Origin: Candidatus Poseidoniaceae archaeon
GTDB lineage: Archaea; Thermoplasmatota; Poseidoniia; Poseidoniales; Poseidoniaceae
Assembly (NCBI GenBank): GCA_943789275.1
Contig: CALSTM010000002.1
Coordinates: forward strand, 1-32,000
Direction: 5' to 3'
DNA: 32,000 nucleotides
Shown here piece after piece: positions 13,471-21,927 of the stretch. How positions within the stretch are numbered: position 1 is the stretch's first letter; every line of letters begins with the position of its first letter. The position numbers and the translations under genes are program-made. The notes beneath the pieces were generated by a model. The model saw only the letters and a list, made by a program, of their open reading frames with translations. It searched no databases and had not been told where the DNA came from.

Positions 13471-14892
13471 TCACTCTGCGACTGTTCCAACGACCTTTTG
13501 GCCGCTCATCTCGTGCTTATCGAGTGCTTTCAAAGCAAGACCGACCTTACTGGTATGAATGCTGATGAAAGTCGAACCGCTATCGAAATGGACATCTCCG
13601 ATAGCCATTTCATCGCATCGCAATGAATTCTGGAACCAATTTGCCACGGTACGGGAGGAACCGGCATCGGACTGAGAAATGTTCAGTTGAAGGGTTACAA
13701 AGCCGAACACATCTGCTGTTTCGCCAAAATCATCCTGACGTTTTACAGGGTCTCGGTCAATTCCGTCAGGAAGTTCAGGGACCTCAGTTGGGACAATGTC
13801 AAGGCCGTATGTTGCCATAATCTTGGAAAGTTGAGGGGAATCGTCTCGAGATACAAGACTCCATGCTGCTCCCTTGCGACCAATACGTCCAGTTCGTCCA
13901 ATGCGATGAACAAAGGAATCGGTATCAACCGGAAGGTCGTAATTAACCACGAGCGTAATTCCGTCAACATCGATACCACGTGCAGCAACATCGGTTGCCA
14001 CGATGGTCTTCACTTCGCCTTCTTTGAACCGACCGAGAATCTTTTCACGCTGGTTTTGTGAGAGGTCGCCATGGAGACCTTCGACGACAAATCGGTGTTT
14101 GTTAAGTCGTTGGACAGCGAGGTCAACCATCCGCTTTGTGTTGCAGAAAATGATGGTTTGATCTTCGTCGTTCATCCTGCACATCAAACGCCCCAAAGCC
14201 CACAATTTGTTGGCTCTACCAATGTTCACACTGTACATGTCAATTGGCGGAATGTCGAGTTCTTCAGAGTTTGTAAGTACAAACTCCGGCTCGTTCATGA
14301 ACTCATGAGCAGCATCAATGATTTCTTGTGGGAACGTAGCGGAGAACAGAAGCGTTTGTTCACGGTTCTTCATTCGCTCGACGACCCACATGATGTCAGG
14401 GAAGAAACCCATGTCGAGCATTCGGTCCGCTTCATCAAGGCAGAATAAGGAGAGTACTTCCAAATCAATGTGGCCACGCTCTGTCATATCCATGACTCGG
14501 CCAGGAGTACCGACGATGATGTCGACGCCACCTGCCAGTTGCTTGGCTTGCTTTTCTAAATCAGTACCACCGTAGACCGTTTGAATGGAAAGTCCTGATT
14601 CTCCTTGAAGCGTTTGGAATTCTTGTGCCACTTGGTTCGCAAGTTCACGAGTTGGCGTAAGGACAAGCGCTTGGAGCTGACCGGTCGGTTGACATCGTTC
14701 AAGCAAAGGTAGGCCAAAAGCGGCAGTTTTACCTGAACCGGTGCGGGCTTGACCGATGACGTCTCGGCCTGAACGGGCCAATGGAATCGTATCCTTCTGA
14801 ACTTGAGTAGCAAACTCCCACTCGATTGAACTTAGACTGTCAAGCAGGTTTTGAGGAAGGTCCCAAGAGTCGAAGCGGGTATTTGTGAACAT
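13471..14892 (-). CDS. DEAD-box ATP-dependent RNA helicase with a C-terminal DbpA/GUCT-like RNA-binding extension
   Basis: Motifs ARTGSGKTAAF (motif I), PTRELA, LDEADRML (DEAD), SAT and HRIGRTGRIG (motif VI). I use ATG 14892 (MFTNTRFDSW). The track's start at 15006 would overlap the neighbouring small ORF. Confidence 0.9.
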   Translation of the reverse strand: MFTNTRFDSWDLPQNLLDSLSSIEWEFATQVQKDTIPLARSGRDVIGQARTGSGKTAAFGLPLLERCQPTGQLQALVLTPTRELANQVAQEFQTLQGESGLSIQTVYGGTDLEKQAKQLAGGVDIIVGTPGRVMDMTERGHIDLEVLSLFCLDEADRMLDMGFFPDIMWVVERMKNREQTLLFSATFPQEIIDAAHEFMNEPEFVLTNSEELDIPPIDMYSVNIGRANKLWALGRLMCRMNDEDQTIIFCNTKRMVDLAVQRLNKHRFVVEGLHGDLSQNQREKILGRFKEGEVKTIVATDVAARGIDVDGITLVVNYDLPVDTDSFVHRIGRTGRIGRKGAAWSLVSRDDSPQLSKIMATYGLDIVPTEVPELPDGIDRDPVKRQDDFGETADVFGFVTLQLNISQSDAGSSRTVANWFQNSLRCDEMAIGDVHFDSGSTFISIHTSKVGLALKALDKHEMSGQKVVGTVAE

Positions 14893-14957
14893 TTGATCAT
14901 CTCCGTCTCGGTGTTTCGAGTGGGTCGCCGAGACGGTGGCAACCCCTTCGAGTGGAA

Positions 14958-15170
14958 TCAGTAGTTGTCTCGCTCTTTGATTTCGGCTTGGAGCTGACCC
15001 ATCCAATACTTTCGTGCATTGTCACGGGTGAGGGGTCGACGCATCTGTCGAACATGTTCCAAAATGTATTGTCGGAACTTGAGTGATTTATTTCGATTGA
15101 TGCCTTTCGGGGTGATTCCATCCCACAAGCGTTCGAATTGCTCAGCCTTATCATTGAATGCCTCATCCAT
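14958..15170 (-). CDS. hypothetical small protein (~70 aa)
   Basis: ORF-track entry 14958..15227. The likelier start is MDEAFNDKAEQFERLW at 15170. It is co-directional with the helicase and the HEAT-repeat gene. No motif recognised. Confidence 0.4.
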   Translation of the reverse strand: MDEAFNDKAEQFERLWDGITPKGINRNKSLKFRQYILEHVRQMRRPLTRDNARKYWMGQLQAEIKERDNY

Positions 15171-15265
15171 CTTATTCACCTCTAAGCAATCGGCCCACTG
15201 ACACACCCCTCTTAACCATACCGACAAGAGTGGTGAGGGATTGGACAGAGAAAATCAGTCAGATT

Positions 15266-16633
15266 TCAGAAATAATCTGCATCGTCGTCGGCCTCTTCAT
15301 CTTCGAAATCATCATCGTAGCCCATCATTTCGTCTTGACTTACAGCTCGGTACAGGGGCGCAGCATCCGACTTTGAATCATCAGCAGGTGGTGACGATTT
15401 CACAGCGCCAGGGATTGCTGCGGGGTCTGGCTTCGAGACCGGTTGCGCATCGGTTGAACGAATCGGTTCCAAGCCAACTCGGACACCTTGAGCCTCAGCC
15501 ACTTCTCGGTCAAGAGCCGGCACGGGTGCTGATGGAGCGAGTTGAGCGTTCTTTTGGGCCTCTGTTCCCTCCAACGACACGTCAAAGACCATTTCTTTGA
15601 GTGAAGCGATGATTTTGTCGTTGGTTTCTGTGGTCAACAGTTCCGCAGCCATTGTACGCAGTACATCTTCACCAAACAGGCGAGGAAGTAAATCGATACA
15701 AGCAGAACGAACCTTGATGTCCTTTGACTTCGTTCCGCGAACGACCAGTTCACGGGCACGACCGTGGTCAGTATCCATGACTTGGACTGCCTTGATAGCG
15801 CTCAAACGAACTTCCGAATCGGAGTCGACAAGAGCGCGCTCAGCGAACAGAGTTGCCATTCGAGATTCTTTACGAGCCAAAGCAGGAAGATTTTTTGCAG
15901 CAATACGTCGAACTTCGACTTCTGCATCGTTCAGCGACCATGAGATGAGATCCCAAACTGCGGAATCACCCTTGTTGACGATACGCTTGAGAAGAGCCGT
16001 TGCTTTCTTACGAAGGGCAACTTCTTCTTCAAGAAGTAACGAATCGACATGGTCGACAACCACTTCCGGCCATGTGTCGCACAAACCAGAGAGACCTGCC
16101 CAAGCAGCATCACTACGGTGGCTGACCGTTGAGCGAAGTTCATTGGCGAGAATCGAATGGACACCGGATGGAAAAATCGGGGATGTTGTCGTTAGGCATC
16201 GACTGGCTGCTTTGCGCACATGGACATCTTCATCATCGAGTAAAACCGAAAGCCAGTCAAACAATTCATCGGATTTGAGAACGGCCACTTCCGGCAACAC
16301 GTCGAGGGCAGCAACCCGCTCCTCAGCAAGTTCAGATTCAAGGTACTTCAGAAGAAGCGAATGTGCTTGGTGTATTCTCGACCCATGGAAACGTCCGAGC
16401 GCCCGAAGTGCATCGACCCTGTGAAGAGTCACTGAGCGACTGTCCCAACGAATGACGGCAGATTCAGATTCTTTGTTGAGAAGAGAAAAAACATCATGAT
16501 CGGAGAGGGAAACCCACGGTCCGGTTTTTTTCTCGATTTTTCGAGAAGATTTTCGAGGCTTAGCGACGTGAATTGGAAGGCCTGTTCGCGGATCTCGGGC
16601 GATGTATTCACGTGACATATCTGACTCCTCCAA
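15266..16633 (-). CDS. HEAT-repeat (PBS-lyase-type) protein with an acidic C-terminal tail
   Basis: Repeated D..V/E.VR.xA...L units: DEDVHVRKAASRCL, DAEVEVRRIAAKNL, DSDSEVRLSAIKAV, SKDIKVRSACIDLL. The C-terminus is DDDFEDEEADDDADYF. Confidence 0.7.
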   Translation of the reverse strand: MEESDMSREYIARDPRTGLPIHVAKPRKSSRKIEKKTGPWVSLSDHDVFSLLNKESESAVIRWDSRSVTLHRVDALRALGRFHGSRIHQAHSLLLKYLESELAEERVAALDVLPEVAVLKSDELFDWLSVLLDDEDVHVRKAASRCLTTTSPIFPSGVHSILANELRSTVSHRSDAAWAGLSGLCDTWPEVVVDHVDSLLLEEEVALRKKATALLKRIVNKGDSAVWDLISWSLNDAEVEVRRIAAKNLPALARKESRMATLFAERALVDSDSEVRLSAIKAVQVMDTDHGRARELVVRGTKSKDIKVRSACIDLLPRLFGEDVLRTMAAELLTTETNDKIIASLKEMVFDVSLEGTEAQKNAQLAPSAPVPALDREVAEAQGVRVGLEPIRSTDAQPVSKPDPAAIPGAVKSSPPADDSKSDAAPLYRAVSQDEMMGYDDDFEDEEADDDADYF

Positions 16634-16765
16634 AGGGTCGCATAACCCCTAACCGAATGAACCTATGGCTTCGGCCACAAGAACTGACATCCACCCTTCT
16701 TGAACTTTCGAATATATCAAACGCGAATGAGTAAAGGTATTGAAGCCAGTGCATTTCCAATAACC

Positions 16766-19700
16766 ATGGGCAACAGAGTGCTTGGTGCAGTCTTGATGGT
16801 GAGCATCATGCTCATCACTCCTTTCGCCTCTATGGCAAGCCATACGCCACTTGCTGACTCAGAACTTGATGCCACCGATGAAAGGCTCCTCGCGATTCAT
16901 TACGACCAGGATTTCAACACCTCTGATGGATTTGCCCTTTCGAACATCACCATTGACGCTTCAACCGGTGAAGCAGAGATTGACCACCCGACGCTTACAT
17001 GGCAATCCATTGCCAATCCAAGTTTGAGATACCCGCGTGCTGCTGGGTGTGCAGCATACATCGAAGATACGGAGGAGATTTACTTGATGGGTGGTCGATA
17101 CGATCCAGACCCCGTACAATCTGGCGATGAAACCTCGACACGGAGCATTGAGGTTTTTAGCCAAGCATCCACATCATGGCAACTCAGCGGTAGCCAAATG
17201 CCGGTCGAACAGATGTACTTTGATTGCGCTGCTATCGGCTCGGTCATTTATGCGGTTGGGGATTATCATCCGTTCGCAACGCCTGAAGTTCGTGCAGAAG
17301 GCATTTTACAAATTTACAACACAAGTAACAACACATGGAGTGAAGGTGCATTCATGCCAGGCAATACCGGTGTTGGACTGGCAAGTGTTGACGACCTTGG
17401 CGGTTTTATTTACACCGCAGGTGGTGTAAGCAGGAAAGATCGCTCAGATATTTCGAACGCCACGCTCCGATATAATCCGCAAACCGACACATGGGACCAA
17501 ATGGCCGATATGAATGTCGCTCGGCATTCGTTCACACTTACGGAATTCCACGGTAAACTGTATGCGCTCGGGGGTATTTCTCGACAGTACGACCCGGTTT
17601 CCAACCAATACTTCATTGCCCCTACGAACCATACAGAGGTGTACGATGCACAGACCGACACCTGGACAAACCACACCGATTTACCGTTCGAAATTGCAGC
17701 TCATGCCTCGACCGTCTTCAACGATGAAATACTCATTTCTGGCGGCGTAACCGGTTCAGGATGGGGCGCACAAACCAAAGAAGTGCATGGGTACAATCCC
17801 CTCACACAGACGTGGACAATACATTCTGATTTACCGCATGACATGTACGACCATACCATTACTGCAATCAACGAATCCGTCGTCTATGCCACTGGCGACT
17901 CCTCTTCATACCGGTTTTCCAGTTGGTCCTCGAACTACAGAGACGTAACTGGAATCTACAATAATTCTGATTCACAGTCCGGCTGGATTACATCGAATGT
18001 CATTGACCTTCGCCAGAACACAAATGGAATCGCCTCACCGGTTCGATTGGAATTTGGTGGCGCTGCTCCAGCGGATACGGAACTTCAACTGCAATACCGA
18101 GTGGGGTTGAACCCTTCCGAGGTGAGTACAACTTTGTGGAGCCCCCTCGGACCGGGAAACATCTCTCAATTTTTCCAACCTGGAGAGTTTTCATTGGCTG
18201 CTTATGGTGAAGGCATGTCGTTCATCCAATACCGCATCCAAATGAGTACATCAGAACTCGTCGAATGGTCCACTCCCGATTTAGATTCGGTCGAGATTTT
18301 CTCAGAAGAGGCCACACTTCTCTCACCCATACCACCATCAATGCATCCAAATGCGGCCCATATCACGATTGAATCGTTCCACTCCTCTTTTGGTGCAAAC
18401 GCCAACTACACGCTTCTTTTGCACCAAACAAATGCTGATGGATTTAATCTGCCATCTGAAGATTCGGCTAAAATCACCTGGAACAACACCACATCGACGT
18501 ATTCCATCGAAGACCAAGGAGGCATTCTACGTCAATCCAGTGTTGATGTAACGGTACATTCTTCCACGCTCCAAGGCGATACAATGCATTGGGACTTAGC
18601 TGTCAACGAAGGTTTTGCAAGTGATTATTTGGTCCTTGAAATCCAAACTCAAAGTCAGCTTCACAGCGCCTATCGCTCGTCATCCGCCATTGAGATTCAA
18701 AGTATACTCGATGTCAGCGCCATTGATTATTCTTCCAGTTTTTCGAGCAATGGAGACGAATCGCTATCGAACCTCGAAGTGTTTCCTGATGGCGCTGAAA
18801 TCGAAGTAACCATCGATCACAGTTTCAATGAATCAGGGACTCAACTGCTCTATGGAACTGTAGAAGCACGTCTCCATATTGACATCGAGAATCCTCATTC
18901 CGGATGGTTCAATACGACCAGCACCTGGGAGGAACTCACAACTGGAGAAGAAACTGTACTCCTTTACACGCTAAACAACGACAGTTCAGGTCATGCGAGC
19001 ATATGGATTGAAGCAAGAACGCAAGATGACCTCACCCTCAATGTTGACCCTTCCTTCAAACACATCCTGGTGAACGTCGATGCACCCGTGCAGATGTCGA
19101 ATACTCCACTCATTGGCTCTTACCTCAACGAGGAAGCAGCACGTTCGGTTGAATTTGAGTTCTATGATGTAGGTGGATTCAGTACCGAATCGGTCCAAGC
19201 ATATCTATGGATTGAGGCATTGCACGATGCAAATGAAGACGGGGAGTATGCTGCATCCGAACACATCCAGACAGAAGTTTTCATTTCGAATGAAGAGAAC
19301 AACTGGTTGCTCAATCTGACCGTAAACGATACTGCAAACGACGACCATCAAATGGTCTATGTGACCTTGGAAGGCACAAACTTGGCAGGAAAGAATATTC
19401 GAGAATCAACACTTGACCCGAACAGTGGTTCCACTTCATGGATGAGTCGAACACCGGAAAACGCAAACATTTCCTCTCTTGAGCCGTTTTCGGAACTTGT
19501 AGAAAGTGGTATACAGCGTATTGAGCCGACCGGAAGAATCGGTTGGAACGTGGTCGTTTCGGATTCAAATGCACTTACGGACATCTTCGAAGTTCGGTTG
19601 ATTCTCGGCAAGGACGAAACACTCGGAATACGGTATGTACCAACACAAAACATTTGTGAATCTCTCGACGCACGTCTTTTGATTGACAGCACATGTTTTG

Positions 19701-21307
19701 CTACTCAAGTGAATGAATCCTATTCCATTGACTTCACTGCACAGATCGATTGGGCATTTACTGCTTCAGGACTCGACATCGGACACCTTGAGGTTCAAGT
19801 CGATGATTACGACGGAACGCAAACAATGGAAGTACTCAACCAATGGAGCCTTGAGCGTGAGTTGAGTGTCGAACTTGATTCACTCAAGGACGTTGATGGC
19901 ATCGTTCAAGGCGAACTCTCGACGGGATGGAGCATTGTCGCCGGTGATTCAATTCAAGTGAATGCAACGATTAAGCATTTGACCTCGAACACATCGTACA
20001 ACGGACCTGTATCCGTGTTCTGGAGAGGTAAAATCCAGGAGCAATTCTTCTCCGAGAGTTTCTCTGTGGAAGTCGTTGACGGTGAATTATCCGCACAAAT
20101 ACAGGCACCAACCGGTGCGGGATTATGGCATCAATCGATTCTTGAGATTTGGGACCCTTACAATTCAGAACAATTTTACTCCATGGATTTGCCAAATATG
20201 TTGCTCGATAACAGTCCGCCTTTGCTCATTCCTTCAGCCATGACCGCAGGCATATCTCGTTACCATTTGGAAGCGGTCGAGATTGGGGTCAACATCGATG
20301 AGAGCAGCTCCTGGTCTGGAAACCTCACCCTTCACTGTCAAGTCCGCTCGTTGGATTTCGAATGGCCAATTCTCACACAAATACGGGAGCCAACTACGGT
20401 ATTCGATGGAAAAACAATGTTCAGTTTCATGTTCAATTTTGCCGAACAGGGTGACCCCTCTACGCTTTCCACACAATCAAACATTGTCTGTTGGGCGCTG
20501 GGATTCGATGATGCTGGACTCGAACTCACATCATCCAACGGTAATTCAGAGAACAACCCTTGGCTGTCCACTGCATTGAGTAACATTGGACCGGACCTCG
20601 CCATCCAAACGGTCGGCTTTGAAGGAGGCGACTCAAAAGGTTCCAAAATGAGAATAGCCGTAGAAGTCGTCAGCCTAGGCGAAACGATTGAAACTCGGTT
20701 TAACGTCACCTTTAGCATTGTTCAAGACGGGGTGACAAACGTCGTTGGGCGGGAACTGATTCCAGGAATGCAAGAGAACGCTGAAGTGGAAATTCGTTCA
20801 ACACTTACCGTTCCGAGTGGCGATTGGACACTGCTCATTGAGATCGATGCAGAACAACACATTTGGGAACTCAGTGAAACAAACAACGTATGGTCAAAGA
20901 ATTATTCTCAAGAGAACGATGGATCTTCTTTTGCTGCCCCTGCAGCAGCCGGCGGTGGAGTGATACTGCTCGTCGCATTGGTGATGTTGATGAGAAAAAG
21001 AAACGGTTCATCAGAGGACGATGTGGAAACTCTTGAAGACAGAAAGCCACTGAAAGGACCGCCACCTCGTGCCCAGCCCTCCACCCTTCCTGGCCACCTT
21101 GCCGGTCCCCCTCAAATGGCCGTGGAAGAAACTGCAGGTGAGCAACAAGAAACCCATGCCGTTGAATTCGAAACCGTCGAAAGTTATGCACAGTTACCCG
21201 GAGGCGGTGATTACCGGTATGACGAAGGGCAAACCATCTATTCTGGCACAGGTATTGGTACTTGGAAACAAAACCCAGACCAAACCTTCACACGTATCGA
21301 AGAGTGA
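16766..21307 (+). CDS. giant surface protein: signal peptide, six-bladed Kelch beta-propeller, long Ig-like region, CARDB-like domain, TM helix, ~110-aa Pro-rich cytoplasmic tail
   Basis: Six Kelch-type blades: YLMGGRYD, IYAVGDY, IYTAGGVS, LYALGGIS, ILISGGVTG, VYATGDSS (~17030..17900). The CARDB-like segment GPDLAIQTVGFEGG...NNVWSKNY lies at ~20589..20905. The TM helix AAPAAAGGGVILLVALVMLMRKR lies at ~20932..21000. The track start at 16700 is a TTG. Candidate ATG starts are 16727 and 16766 (MGNRVLGAVLMVSIMLITPFASMA). An AATATATC TATA-like element at 16711..16718 favours 16766. Confidence 0.8.
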   Translation: MGNRVLGAVLMVSIMLITPFASMASHTPLADSELDATDERLLAIHYDQDFNTSDGFALSNITIDASTGEAEIDHPTLTWQSIANPSLRYPRAAGCAAYIEDTEEIYLMGGRYDPDPVQSGDETSTRSIEVFSQASTSWQLSGSQMPVEQMYFDCAAIGSVIYAVGDYHPFATPEVRAEGILQIYNTSNNTWSEGAFMPGNTGVGLASVDDLGGFIYTAGGVSRKDRSDISNATLRYNPQTDTWDQMADMNVARHSFTLTEFHGKLYALGGISRQYDPVSNQYFIAPTNHTEVYDAQTDTWTNHTDLPFEIAAHASTVFNDEILISGGVTGSGWGAQTKEVHGYNPLTQTWTIHSDLPHDMYDHTITAINESVVYATGDSSSYRFSSWSSNYRDVTGIYNNSDSQSGWITSNVIDLRQNTNGIASPVRLEFGGAAPADTELQLQYRVGLNPSEVSTTLWSPLGPGNISQFFQPGEFSLAAYGEGMSFIQYRIQMSTSELVEWSTPDLDSVEIFSEEATLLSPIPPSMHPNAAHITIESFHSSFGANANYTLLLHQTNADGFNLPSEDSAKITWNNTTSTYSIEDQGGILRQSSVDVTVHSSTLQGDTMHWDLAVNEGFASDYLVLEIQTQSQLHSAYRSSSAIEIQSILDVSAIDYSSSFSSNGDESLSNLEVFPDGAEIEVTIDHSFNESGTQLLYGTVEARLHIDIENPHSGWFNTTSTWEELTTGEETVLLYTLNNDSSGHASIWIEARTQDDLTLNVDPSFKHILVNVDAPVQMSNTPLIGSYLNEEAARSVEFEFYDVGGFSTESVQAYLWIEALHDANEDGEYAASEHIQTEVFISNEENNWLLNLTVNDTANDDHQMVYVTLEGTNLAGKNIRESTLDPNSGSTSWMSRTPENANISSLEPFSELVESGIQRIEPTGRIGWNVVVSDSNALTDIFEVRLILGKDETLGIRYVPTQNICESLDARLLIDSTCFATQVNESYSIDFTAQIDWAFTASGLDIGHLEVQVDDYDGTQTMEVLNQWSLERELSVELDSLKDVDGIVQGELSTGWSIVAGDSIQVNATIKHLTSNTSYNGPVSVFWRGKIQEQFFSESFSVEVVDGELSAQIQAPTGAGLWHQSILEIWDPYNSEQFYSMDLPNMLLDNSPPLLIPSAMTAGISRYHLEAVEIGVNIDESSSWSGNLTLHCQVRSLDFEWPILTQIREPTTVFDGKTMFSFMFNFAEQGDPSTLSTQSNIVCWALGFDDAGLELTSSNGNSENNPWLSTALSNIGPDLAIQTVGFEGGDSKGSKMRIAVEVVSLGETIETRFNVTFSIVQDGVTNVVGRELIPGMQENAEVEIRSTLTVPSGDWTLLIEIDAEQHIWELSETNNVWSKNYSQENDGSSFAAPAAAGGGVILLVALVMLMRKRNGSSEDDVETLEDRKPLKGPPPRAQPSTLPGHLAGPPQMAVEETAGEQQETHAVEFETVESYAQLPGGGDYRYDEGQTIYSGTGIGTWKQNPDQTFTRIEE

Positions 21308-21345
21308 ATGCTTAACTTCTTTTACAGGGAACAGTTGTTTGAGCC

Positions 21346-21927
21346 GTGGCCAGAGAAGACATCGAGGATGTACGGCGTGTACTCGCCATATGTTTCCGGG
21401 ACGGCCAATCGCTCGATGCCCTCGACATAGAACGAATACTTTCGTTTGACATGGAATGGATTTCTCCAGACGAAGCAGAAAAAGCAGTTCAAGCACTTGT
21501 TCGGAAAGGCTGGTTGGCCGGAGAAGAAAACGCATTGAAACCAACTGTATCACTGGAGGGAGTGCAATCGCCTCTGGGATGGTTCCCTCGCCCTTCACGG
21601 CTCATCATGCCGGTATCACCAACCGATGAAGAACCAGTACCAGTTCAGGCGGCTACAATCCCTGAGAAAATCGCTGTCACCGTCGCCTCAAAGCCCAAAG
21701 CACATTCCTCTCCAGTTGATACCAATGACCCTCGTGCAAGACTTGTTCAACGTTTGACGAAATTCATCGCTAAATCATCACAAATACCCGTTGATGAAGT
21801 CGAACGGCGTGCACAGCGAAAGCAACAAGCACTGGGATATGCGACCCTTTGGATGTGTTTAGCATTGGTTGCAAGGGAGCAAAATCTATCGATGAAAGAA
21901 ATCATCGACGCATTATCAACGCTTTAG
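21346..21927 (+). CDS. hypothetical protein, resembles archaeal DUF2240-type proteins
   Basis: GTG is the only possible start because an in-frame TGA lies at 21340. The pattern ILSFDMEWISPDEAEKAVQALVRKGWL, together with a C-terminal helical module (VERRAQRKQQALGYATLWMCLALVAREQNLSMKEII), matches my recollection of DUF2240. Unverified. Confidence 0.5.
   Translation: MAREDIEDVRRVLAICFRDGQSLDALDIERILSFDMEWISPDEAEKAVQALVRKGWLAGEENALKPTVSLEGVQSPLGWFPRPSRLIMPVSPTDEEPVPVQAATIPEKIAVTVASKPKAHSSPVDTNDPRARLVQRLTKFIAKSSQIPVDEVERRAQRKQQALGYATLWMCLALVAREQNLSMKEIIDALSTL

Noticed and set aside
14893-15006. A longer start (15006) for the DEAD-box helicase
   Set aside because: The extension (MDGSAPSRNQRARQ...) overlaps the neighbouring small ORF. 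The conserved Q-motif region begins right after Met at 14892.
15597-16424. A 275-aa plus-strand ORF antisense to the HEAT-repeat gene
   Set aside because: It is a Ser/Arg/Thr-rich low-complexity translation with no motifs. It lies entirely inside a gene with clear HEAT repeats on the other strand, so it is a typical shadow ORF.
19592-19608. A partial match (GATTCTCGG, preceded by GTTCGG) to the tRNA-His T-arm, considered as a possible att-site remnant
   Set aside because: Only 9 contiguous nt match, which is about chance level for 64 kb of two-strand sequence. The match lies inside the Kelch protein ORF and does not flank the candidate island.
21069-21598. ORFs 21069..21449 (+) and 21194..21598 (-), which overlap the end of the Kelch gene and the DUF2240-like gene
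   Set aside because: They are alternative-frame or antisense shadows of two better-supported genes and have no motifs.
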